DNA of 64,000 bases from Candidatus Doudnabacteria bacterium (GTDB lineage: Bacteria > Patescibacteriota > Doudnabacteria > UBA920), in NCBI GenBank assembly GCA_963837465.1, contig CAWINB010000001.1, positions 369,929 through 433,928 of the forward strand. The letters are read 5' to 3'. The notes beneath the pieces are model-generated. The model ran no database searches and was not told the origin of the DNA. It saw only the letters and a program-made list of their open reading frames with translations. The position numbers and the translations under genes were made by a program. Positions 40,930-50,900 of this stretch are shown piece by piece. Numbering within the stretch: position 1 is the first letter of the stretch; every line of letters starts with the position of its first letter.

Positions 40930-43399
40930 ATGGACATTCCTGGAAATAATCGAGGTGAATTAACTACGGAAGGTTTTAGCTCTGCTGAAAATGCCTTGGA
41001 TTTTTTGTCGCGCTCGGATAACTGGAGGGAGGGAACAAAATATAACGGCACTGTGTTTACCCATCGCTTAACAGAAAAGGATGAATGGATTCAGGAAGGA
41101 GACGGGATAGAAACTAACAAGACAGAGGAAAAGAGAGCGGGAGACAGACTTGAGCTGCGGGAGCACTCACAGATTATAAGTGATTTAAGAAATAAAGGTT
41201 ACTCAATAATTAAAAAAGAATGCCTTACAAATTCACTCGGGAAAAGAAGAAGCAAAAGCGGGATACGATCAAAAAACCTACGCAGCTGTTTATGTTCTAA
41301 GGGGTGAGATAATTGAAATACACGATTTTGAGGGAACCGAGGAAGAATTTAATAAACGTTTCGCGAACGAACAATGGCTTCAAGATTTAATGGATGACGA
41401 TGACGAACAGTCGCCTGCTCCCCAAGGGGGGAAGGAAACGGTTTTGGATTTAAATAGTTTTTTTGGTTCTAAAAAGGGTGGGCAAAAGCGGGAAGAAAAA
41501 ATGAGTGTTTGGGATGGAGGGTTTTGGCAACGGTTGTTACAAATCGGGAGCAAGACCGAGGAGCAAGATCTCGACAGGTACGAAGATGGAATTTTTAATA
41601 TATCCCAAAGCGTCAAACCAGAGGCAACAAACGACGACATTGGCAAAACAACTGAAAAAAATATTGATTTTTCTTTTTTGGGTATAGCCCCTTTTGGCAT
41701 CACTGTTGAAAAAGGTATTCCTATTACACCGAGATCTGAGTTAAAACAAAAGTCAAAAGCGAGCGACCCGGCCATCAGATTACTTCCAACTAACCCCGAA
41801 CCGTCTTTAGTCCCCTCTTTGGAGCAAAGCGATATCCAAAGCCGCGGCGCGAAACCGGTTTTGGAAATCGCCGTCATGGAAGCGCGAACAGAGAGTCTAA
41901 CGACCGAAGACGGTAATAATTTTTTGGAGATTATTACAATTAAGCAGCGCTCTGTCAACGAGCAGACTAAACATCCGGCTCCGGCAAAAGAGCGCCTGGC
42001 TGTTCAAAATTCAAGCTCTGGCTACGAAGGACAGCCGGCCAAACACCGGGATCTGATTCAGTCGCAAGATGTTTTAACAGAGCCGGTAATAAACAGAGTC
42101 GTTGGCCCGGCTGAAAATGCTGAACAAAAAACCAACCCCACCTTAAGCTTTAAACATCCGGCTCCGGAAATATTAAATATTGACGCCGAAAAAAATAACG
42201 ACAACCTACCGGGCGTAAACATTCCCAACACAACAGCCAAAAGCGCCGATAAGCCAATTTCCACAAAAATTAAAGCTCAGGTAAAAATTCCCATAAAAAA
42301 CAATGCCCCGGAGTTACAACCGGAACCCGAAATGCCGACTGGCATTAAGCTGGGCGATAACGAACCTTATTTAGAAGAAAAGGCCTTCGAGCAAACCATC
42401 ATTCCAACGGAAATTGTAAAAAGTCGACCGGAGATGATTTTGGACAATGCCAATGGCGTTGCTGATGCGGAGGTTGCCGTAGGTTTATTGGAAAAATTAA
42501 GCCTGCCTGACAATGAAAATGGCGCTAAAGAACCAGTAAAGACCCAAAAATCTATCAAAGAAATTTCCACCAACCCGATGATTATTACGGAGAAGGTTCA
42601 ACAATCATCTAAAGATCCTGCCGAAACCCACGTATTGGAAGTTACCAAACCGGCTGAAATACCCGCAAATGAATTGGCGCGAACCGGGGAGGCCGCCGAC
42701 ACACCCTACAACCTTAGGATGGAACCATTAATCCTGACCACGCGAAGGCAAATCCGGGCCTTAGACAAAATGCTTGTTAAAGTAGCGTTACCGGCCGAAA
42801 TTGAAGAATACAAAGAACTCCCCGATGCGTCAGACGAAACAAAAAATCAAGCCGGAGCAACAGAGGCAACCCTTACCGCGAACCCGGAGAGCCGCCAAGT
42901 CGCGATAAATCCGCGGCATGAACCGCGGACAAAACCGGAAAATAAAAACGCGGGCAGTTTTGCCCAAAAGGCCATGGTTTTAAAACGGGAAACCGCCTTT
43001 AACAGGTCGGCTGATTTTGGCCAAAAATCCCGTGCGCGGGAAGTTTCCGTCTCCTCTATATTAAACACCCTATCCAAACTTCAGGATAGCATCCCCGAAC
43101 CAAAAACCCGAACGGCTTTGGCGTTAAATGAAAAACCGGCAATAGCCAAAAACCGCGAACAACAGATATATCCAGACACTTCCAAAGAGCCGGCCGGCGC
43201 TTTCCAAATGATTAACCATAACAGAGCAATATCCGAGCTAAAAAAACCGGCTAAAATTAAACCACCTAAGACAAAAGCCGCGGCTAAATATTATGAAGCC
43301 GATATGGCGAGACAATCATTGATATCAATAGCTCAACTACAGCAGGATCAAACAGACCTAACCGACACTCAAGCCATCACCCTAAAAATGGCCGCATAG
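40930..43399 (+). CDS. large hypothetical protein (~822 aa) with a long Glu/Pro/Lys/Thr-rich low-complexity region; frameshift near 41219
   Basis: The frame of ORF 41390..43399 is open back to 41210 and overlaps ORF 40930..41307; removing one A in GAATGC (41218-41223) fuses them (2,469 nt). Confidence 0.65.
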
Positions 43400-43436
43400 C
43401 CCCTGACCCCTATCCGCTAAAACCTAACCCCCACCT

Positions 43437-45104
43437 ATGTCCCCGGATTTTTCTAAAATCGGCTACTACGACTTAAAACTGGAAGCGCGAAACCTGCGCC
43501 TGCCCAAAGTTGTGGGCCTGCAAAAGGAAACCGCCCGCTTAAACCGCATCCTGGCGCGCGACCTCCAGCACAACGCCATAGTTTGCGCTCCGTCCGGCTG
43601 CGGCAAAACCGCGCTTGTTGGCGCTTGGGCATTACAGGCGCTTGAAAACCCCTTGTTTGGGGGTAAAAAAATAGCCATGCTGGATTCCGGAAGCCTGCAA
43701 AAAATCGGCCAACTGCCGCAAAGCTCGCTGGCCGGTTATCAGGAAGCTTTCCTGTCGCTTTCAAACTGCGTGTTGATAATAGACAGCTTCGGGGAAATGA
43801 TTTACCAAAGCCTGGGCTCCTTACAAAACTGGAATACTCTTTTAAAGCCGTTATTTTTTAAGCCCGATGTTAATATCATCCTGAATACGCAGCCGGAAGA
43901 ACTGAAATGGCTGCGGGACAACAAGAGCCATTTCTTAAGCCACTTTGAAGTCTTGAAACTGGAAACGCAAAAGACAGAAGAGCTGAGAGAAATTTTAAAC
44001 CAAGCCGCCAAAAAAACCGGCGGGAGGGTTGGCATTGATGCCGATGCCCTGGATTTGATGCTGCGGCTTTGCGAACGTTTCCCAAGCCTGGGACAACTGC
44101 CTAAAAGCGCGCTGCAGTTACTGGATGAATCTTTGGCGGAAATTAAATCCCTCCCGGGCGCGTTATCGCACCGGCTTACGCGAGCGGTTGTGGAAAAAAT
44201 CGCCTCGGAAAAAACCGGCGTTCCCACCGGCCGCCTGGCCGAGGACGATAAAACCATGCTTAAAAATTTACCGGATATTTTGCAAAGCAAAATTATCGGC
44301 CAAAAATCCGCGCTTTTAAAAATGGCTTCGGTTATCCAGCGGGCCCGCCTGGGCCTGCGGGGCCAAACCAGGCCGCTGGGTTCCTTTTTGCTGCTGGGAC
44401 CCTCGGGCGTGGGCAAAACCGAAACCGCCAAAATTTTGGCGGAAACTCTTTACGGTTCCGCTTCCAGCTTTTTAAGAATTGATATGTCGGAGTTCGGCGA
44501 AAGCCACTCCGCGGCGCGCCTGCTGGGCAGCCCGGCCGGTTACGTGGGTTTTGAAGCCGGCGGCCAGCTGACCAATCATTTTAAAAACCATCCTTACAGC
44601 CTGCTGCTTTTGGACGAAATTGAGAAAGCTCATCCGAAAATTTTTGATATTTTTCTGCAAATCCTGGATGACGGCCGGGTAACATCGGGGGGCGGCGAAA
44701 CCGCGGACTTAACGCAGAGCATTATTATGGCCACGTCCAACCTGGCTGTGCAAAAAATTCTGGATGCCTTTGCCGAAAACCCCGAAGCCGGTGATGAAGA
44801 TTTCCTGAAAAATTCCGTCATGCCCGAACTGCTGAAACATTTCCGCCCGGAATTTTTAAACCGCTTTGACAGCATTTTAATTTATAAACCTCTGTCCCTG
44901 GAAGACTTAACCGACATTGCCCTGCTGGAAGTTGGCAAGATAGAAGCCAGGACAAAAGCCCACAATATTAAATTTGCCGTAACCAGGGAAGCGCTGCGGG
45001 ACAAAATCATAGCTCTGGCCGATCCCCGTTTTGGCGCCCGTCCGGTTAAACGCTTTGTGGAAGAAGCCTGTGAAAATCTGATAACGCGGGCGCTGCTTAA
45101 ATAG
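43437..45104 (+). CDS. truncated ClpA/ClpB-family AAA+ ATPase (no N- or M-domain; degenerate first module)
   Basis: D1 Walker A APSGCGKT with Walker B IIDSF; D2 GPSGVGKTE, RIDMSEF, GYVG pore loop, LLLDEIEKAH, FRPEFLNR, GARP. Confidence 0.9.
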   Translation: MSPDFSKIGYYDLKLEARNLRLPKVVGLQKETARLNRILARDLQHNAIVCAPSGCGKTALVGAWALQALENPLFGGKKIAMLDSGSLQKIGQLPQSSLAGYQEAFLSLSNCVLIIDSFGEMIYQSLGSLQNWNTLLKPLFFKPDVNIILNTQPEELKWLRDNKSHFLSHFEVLKLETQKTEELREILNQAAKKTGGRVGIDADALDLMLRLCERFPSLGQLPKSALQLLDESLAEIKSLPGALSHRLTRAVVEKIASEKTGVPTGRLAEDDKTMLKNLPDILQSKIIGQKSALLKMASVIQRARLGLRGQTRPLGSFLLLGPSGVGKTETAKILAETLYGSASSFLRIDMSEFGESHSAARLLGSPAGYVGFEAGGQLTNHFKNHPYSLLLLDEIEKAHPKIFDIFLQILDDGRVTSGGGETADLTQSIIMATSNLAVQKILDAFAENPEAGDEDFLKNSVMPELLKHFRPEFLNRFDSILIYKPLSLEDLTDIALLEVGKIEARTKAHNIKFAVTREALRDKIIALADPRFGARPVKRFVEEACENLITRALLK

Positions 45105-45109
45105 ACACT

Positions 45110-45657
45110 TAACACGGATATACCGACGCGACGCGGATCTACGGACATCTACTGATTCTAAGAGCCTGGCGACATCCGTAGGCATCGGTAAATCCGTTTC
45201 TAATCCGTATATCCGCGTATATATATTTATGAGCAACGAAACACTCCATCCCAAAGAATTTCCGCCAATAACTCCGCCGCGAAACGGCGGCGGTACGGAT
45301 AATTTAAGCAAACAGCGGATTCAAAGCCTGGCGGTCCAAAGGAAGCAATGTTTGGAAGGAATCAAACCGGATATTTCCCGCAAGCTTTATTTTATGCTGG
45401 AAGAAAAGCTGGAAAAAGAACAAAAAAACCTGGAAGAAATTCTGGACTGGCAACAGGGAAAATTAAGCCGTCTGTCCAGGTACTCGCTGATTCTGGATTC
45501 GCATTATTTTGAACAGGAATTTTTAAGCTAACACGGATATACCGACGCGACGCGACGCGGATCTACGGACATCTACTGATTCTAAGAGCCTGGCGACATC
45601 CGTAGGCATCGGTAAATCCGTTTCTAATCCGTATATCCGCGTAATATATATTTATGA
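45110..45657 (+). repeat. pair of ~125-bp near-identical direct repeats (45110-45232 and 45529-45657)
   Basis: TAACACGGATATACCGACGCGACGCGGATCTACGG...ATCCGTATATCCGCGTA.ATATATTTATGA occurs twice; copy 2 has one extra GACGC unit and one extra A. Confidence 0.95.
45229..45531 (+). CDS. small hypothetical protein with coiled-coil character
   Basis: 100-aa ORF exactly filling the space between the two direct repeats. Confidence 0.6.
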   Translation: MSNETLHPKEFPPITPPRNGGGTDNLSKQRIQSLAVQRKQCLEGIKPDISRKLYFMLEEKLEKEQKNLEEILDWQQGKLSRLSRYSLILDSHYFEQEFLS

Positions 45658-46943
45658 ACTACGTTACCCTGGGCCACAATGTTTTCCGCGGCAAGTCCAC
45701 ACCCATACAGTTTTTGGATAATGACCGGCTGCGGCATATGTATATGATAGGCAAAACCGGCGTGGGCAAATCCACCCTGTTTGCCAATATGATGCTGCAG
45801 GACATTATTAACCTGCGCGGCGCCTGCTTTATAGACCCTCACGGCGAGGCAATATCGTGGCTGCTGCAAAACATCCCCAAAGGCCGGCTGGAAGATGTGA
45901 TATTGTTTGACCCATCCAATACGGAAAATCCCGTAGGCTTAAATCTCCTGGAAGCTAGCACGGAAAGCGAGCGGGATTTTTTGGTTGGCGAACTTATTGA
46001 AATTTTTTACAAGCTGTTTGATCCGCAAAAAACCGGCATCATCGGCCCGCAATTTGAACATTGGCTGAGAAACGCGGCGCTGACTATTATGGCCGACCCG
46101 GCCGGTGGCAGTCTTTTGGAAATTCCGCGGCTGTTTACCGATAAAAGCTTTGAGCGCCACAAACGCGAATTTGTTAAAGACCCCCAGGTAATGGAATTCT
46201 GGACCGGACAGATGGCTAAAACGAGTGATTTCCACAAAAGCGAAATGCTGAATTATTTTACTTCCAAATTCGGCCACTTTTTAAACAATTCGCTCTGCCG
46301 CAATATCATCGGCCAAAACCACAGCGGCTTTAATTTTGGGGACATTTTAAAAAAAGAAAAAATCCTGCTGGTGGATTTATCCAAGGGAAAAATCGGCGAA
46401 CTTAATTCCAGATTTTTGGGTTTGATTTTAATTTCCAAGCTGCAGGCGGCGGTGCTGAAACGGGCGCGCCTTAAACCCGGCGAGTATCCGCCGTTTTACC
46501 TTTACGTGGACGAGTTCCAGAACATGACCACGGATACTTTTGCCAGCATGCTTTCGGAGTCGCGCAAATACGGGCTTGGCGTGCACCTGACCAACCAGTA
46601 CTTCCAGCAGCTGCCGCAAAATATCCAGGACGCGGTCCTGGGGAACGCGGGCACGCTGCTGAGTTTTGCCCTGGGCGTGGAAGATGCCGAACTGTTGGAA
46701 AAGCAGCTATATCCTTTTACCAAAGAAGACCTGTCCAATTTGGGAAAATTTAATTTTTACATTAAGCTGATGTCCAACGGCCAGGCCACGCAGGCTTTTT
46801 CCGGCATCAGTCAACAGCCCTTAAAGCGGGCCGAAACCGACCACGGCGAAACCATAAAAACCCTGAGCCAGCTGGCCTACGGCAGTCCCCGCCTGCTGGT
46901 GGAACAGGAACTCCAGCGCAGAATAAGAACGAACGGCATTTAG
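45654..46943 (+). CDS. VirD4/TraD/TrwB-like type IV coupling ATPase (soluble, no N-terminal TM)
   Basis: RLRHMYMIGKTGVGKST, IDPHGE, YLYVDEFQN, SESRKYG, TNQY. Confidence 0.9.
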   Translation: MNYVTLGHNVFRGKSTPIQFLDNDRLRHMYMIGKTGVGKSTLFANMMLQDIINLRGACFIDPHGEAISWLLQNIPKGRLEDVILFDPSNTENPVGLNLLEASTESERDFLVGELIEIFYKLFDPQKTGIIGPQFEHWLRNAALTIMADPAGGSLLEIPRLFTDKSFERHKREFVKDPQVMEFWTGQMAKTSDFHKSEMLNYFTSKFGHFLNNSLCRNIIGQNHSGFNFGDILKKEKILLVDLSKGKIGELNSRFLGLILISKLQAAVLKRARLKPGEYPPFYLYVDEFQNMTTDTFASMLSESRKYGLGVHLTNQYFQQLPQNIQDAVLGNAGTLLSFALGVEDAELLEKQLYPFTKEDLSNLGKFNFYIKLMSNGQATQAFSGISQQPLKRAETDHGETIKTLSQLAYGSPRLLVEQELQRRIRTNGI

Positions 46944-46978
46944 TGTCAAGGGTGACCCTTGACACTAAATGTAAATTT

Positions 46979-47011
46979 AAACCTCCTTGAGGGTAGACCT
47001 CAAGGAGGTTT
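46979..47011. terminator. hairpin between convergent genes
   Basis: AAACCTCCTTGAGG-GTAGA-CCTCAAGGAGGTTT. Confidence 0.65.
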
Positions 47012-47053
47012 AGTTTAAATTCTAATTCTTATAAATCAGATAGCTGTCGGATA

Positions 47054-47866
47054 TTACTTCAGGGCCGCGTCAATTGCCTGTTCAAAAGTGGTCACGGGTT
47101 CGGCTCCAACTATAATTTGCCCGTTAACAAAGACGCTGGGGGTACCCGACACGCCGTAAGATTTACCGGCCGCGGTTTCCTTTGCGACCTCGGCCGCGTA
47201 TTTGCCGCTGTCCAAACATTGGTCAAACTGGGTGGTATTTAAGCCAAGGGTGGCCGCAAATTGTTTTTGGTGCACAGCCGTGGCCCAGCCAGTGTTTTCT
47301 TCCTGCTGGTTGTTGAACAAATAATCGTGATATTGCCAAAACTTGCCCTGGTCTTCGGCGCAATGAGCGGCCTCCGCGGCAGTGGTGGAATCGGCGCCCA
47401 AAAAAGCAAAATCCTGATAAACAAATTTAATTTTGCCGGTATCAACATATTTGGCTTTCAGTTCCGGCCAGACGGTTTTGTAAAACTCCTCGCAGAATGG
47501 GCACTGATAATCGGCAAATTCCACAACCGTCACTTTGGCTTTGTCATTGCCCAAATAGGGAGTATTGGGGGCTAAAGTAATGTTAACCGGACCAGCAGCC
47601 GCGGCCTGGGGAGCCGAAGGAGGGGTAACGGCCGAAGGAACGGCGGCGCTTTGAGCCTGCTGGCTTGACGCGAGCTGAGCAAAGCCTAAATTAAGATGCT
47701 TAAACAGCAAATTAAAATTATAAAATAAGCTGGCGGAAATTAAAACCGCGCCAAGCAGAAAACTGCCTGCTAAAATCCAGGTTTTCAAACCGACATTTTT
47801 ATTTTTTGCTTCCAAATTTAAATCCGCGCTGATATTTTGGTTTTTTTGATCCGGAGGATTATCCAT
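47054..47866 (-). CDS. membrane-anchored DsbA-family thiol-disulfide oxidoreductase
   Basis: TM anchor, EFADYQCPFC, GVSGTPSVFVNG. Confidence 0.92.
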   Translation of the reverse strand: MDNPPDQKNQNISADLNLEAKNKNVGLKTWILAGSFLLGAVLISASLFYNFNLLFKHLNLGFAQLASSQQAQSAAVPSAVTPPSAPQAAAAGPVNITLAPNTPYLGNDKAKVTVVEFADYQCPFCEEFYKTVWPELKAKYVDTGKIKFVYQDFAFLGADSTTAAEAAHCAEDQGKFWQYHDYLFNNQQEENTGWATAVHQKQFAATLGLNTTQFDQCLDSGKYAAEVAKETAAGKSYGVSGTPSVFVNGQIIVGAEPVTTFEQAIDAALK

Positions 47867-47946
47867 AAAGCTTAAACTTTTAATTAATTAAACGATGAAA
47901 TAGGTCAATTCTGTCCTGACTCTGTCCAAAAAATCTTTTGATTTTT

Positions 47947-50900
47947 TTAAGACAAATTCTGCGGTATCACCAACTCATACCCTACCTTAAGCGTCTTGGT
48001 ATTGCCGGGGATGCTTAAACAACGGGGGTTGGCGGCCAGGATGGCTCTCCAGTTGGAGACGCTGCCCGTCAGCTTTTTGGCAATTCCCGACAGGGTGTCT
48101 CCTTTCTTAACCGTGTAAGTAGTGGAAGCCGACGAGGTAATAGAAGCTCCCTGGACCTGCGGCGATGGTTGCTGCGGATATTCCATCTGCAGTCCCTGGA
48201 AATTGGCCGGCATCTGCAAGCCCGTAAAGGGTTGGGTTACGGCCGCGCCAAGCACGGAAACACCGCCCGTTGCGTTGACTTGAATGCTAAACTGGCAACT
48301 ACTGCTTATGTTCAGCTGGTTGGTAACCTGGACAATAAAATTGTAGGTACCCGCTGTCGTAGGCGTGCCGGAAATTTGGCCGGTGGAAGTGTTAAAGTAA
48401 AGTCCCGGCGGCAAGGAACCGCTGATAAGGCTAAAGCTGGTGGAAGAAGCCCCTCCGACCAAAATATTGCTGTTGTAACCCTGGCCTAAATTAGCCTGGG
48501 GCAAAGAAGTGGTAAGGAAATAAGGATAGTAGGAAGTGCCGTAGCTATAACCATAACTGGTACCCGTCCCGCTGCCGGTTGATGTGCTGCCGGTTGAGCC
48601 GGTATTGCTTGTGCCGGAGTTACCGGAACTTGCGGCCGCGTTAATGGTAATCGTCAAGGGCACGGAACTGCTGACCAGGCCATTGCCATCGGTAACCCCC
48701 GCGTAAAAAGTATAACTGCCGGCTGTGGTTGGGGTGCCGCTTAAGCTGCCATTCTGGCTTAAAGTTAATCCCGGGGGCAAATTTCCGGTATAAGAGAATG
48801 TCAGGGCAGTGTTGCTGGAAGACGAAGCCTGCAAATTAGTGGTCGGGTAAGCCTGTCCAGCCGTGCCATTGGGTAATGATGTTGTGGTTAATACAGGCGG
48901 GGCAACAGCAGAAGCCCCTCCCGAGGCGGCAGCAGGATTAACAGTCAGGCTAAACTGGACTGAAGTAAAATTACCCAGGGAGTCCGTGGCCACAACCGAG
49001 AAACTACTGCTACCGGCCGTGGTTGGAGTGCCGCTGATAAGTCCGGAAGGGCTTAAAGTCAACCCGACCGGCAAGGTACTGCCGGTGGCCAGGGCGAATG
49101 TTATGGCTCCCGTGCCCGTGCCGGACAGGATATTTAACTGCTGGCTATAAGCAGTCCCCACAGTGGCGGCGGGAATGGAAGTCGTGGTGATAACCGGAGA
49201 GGCGGCAGTTCCGGTGGTTCCGGATGTCTGAGCAGCGGAAGACGCGGCGGGCACGGTTACGGAAAGAGCGTTGGAAAACAAAGTGGGATTAGCGCCATTG
49301 GCCACCTGTATTGTATATTGTCCGGCAGACAGGGCGCCATACAGTACCGTAATTTGGCTGTTATTGGCGGAAAGAATGCTTACCCCCATTACCTGGCCGG
49401 CGCTGTTGGTCATATGGACAATATCCGAGGTAGCGTTGGCGGCAAAGCCGCTGCCGGTAATTACTATCGTACCAGCCTGCTGGTTAATCGTGGCAAGGCT
49501 GATGGTGGGGGCAGCAGTGGAGCCGACAACCGCGGAACCTCCTGTTGAGCCTCCGGACGAGCCTGCAACGGTTGAAGCTACCAGCATACTCCATGGCAAA
49601 CTTACAGTATTACCGGCGCTGTCTGTAACAACCACCGTAAAACTGTAAGTGCCGGCTGTGACTGGAGTCCCGGTAATTGTTCCGTTGGCATTTATTGTAA
49701 GTCCAGGCGGAAAATTTCCGCTGCCGGAAAACTTATAGCCTGTACCGCTGCCGCCGACAGCGGAAAACTGCCCAACGTAGGCTACCCCAACCGTAGCCGT
49801 GGGAGTGGCCTGGCCGGTTATGAAAGAGAGGGTCGAAGATGTTGCGGCCGCTCTGCTGGCCTGTACGGTAAAATTTAAATTACCTATTGCCGTGGCCGAT
49901 GATTGAGAAGCACCCACGGACCAGGTTTCCGCCCATGCGCCAATATCAGCGGTTACCATCTGGCCGGATATAACCAAACTGCCCGACGCGGGTATGGTTC
50001 CATAATTGGTTGTCGATAACGCGCCCGCGTTTTGAGAGGCGCTGCCATAAACATTCAAACCAGCGGCACCGGTAATGGTAAGCTGCCAATTATCCCCTAC
50101 GGCCAAAGTGGCGGCATTGGCAGGCGATGTAAGATTGGCAAAAGTCAGGCTGGTGGCCGCGCTGCCCACTGTGGGTCCGTTCACAACAGTCGCTCCTGTA
50201 GTACCGCCGGTTCCGGATCCCGTGGTTGCTGCTGTGGATCCGTTAAGGGCGACCGGATTTGTGGTCGCGGTAGAAGATGGTTTGCCTATGTAATTGGTGG
50301 TGGAAACAAACGAGCCCGGTTGAGCATTAGGGTTGTCGTGATAATATTGAGCCGCGGCTATCTCGCTCTGTACAAATCCTGTAGCCACATTTGCCGGCGA
50401 GGTTACAAACCATTGGGCCAGGTTGCCGGCATTCATTTGGGTACCGTCGGGAAACTGGATCATCCACTGGCTGGCGCCGGCGGCATTGGCTTGGAACGGG
50501 CTGGCCGCAGTATAAGTGGTAATAGGGACCAGTACAGCCGTGCCGCCAAACTGCTGAGCCAGCCACTCGGCAGTTGCCTGGGTGGCATAGTTGGCAGGGT
50601 TAAGCGCCTGACTCTGTCCGGTTGGTAAATAAACTACGGCAGCATTGGTAATAAATGTCGGGGTAAAAGGAACGGTTGCGGGGCTGACTGTAAAATTAAG
50701 GGTATTGCCGACCTGCTTAAGGCTACTGATGCTTGGGTTACTGGGCGGTGTTGCGTTTGCGGCAAGAGAACTTCCAACCATAATGCTGACGCTCCAAGTG
50801 CCGACATCGTTATTTGTTAAAATCGGGCCCATGGTCTGCAAATTACCGTTGGCATCTGTTATTCCAAGGTAAATGGTTCCGTTTTGGTTGATACCATAAA

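Noticed and set aside
45654-46943. Conjugative element / ICE
   Set aside because: No relaxase, VirB4, other mating-pair genes, integrase or att sites recognised nearby.
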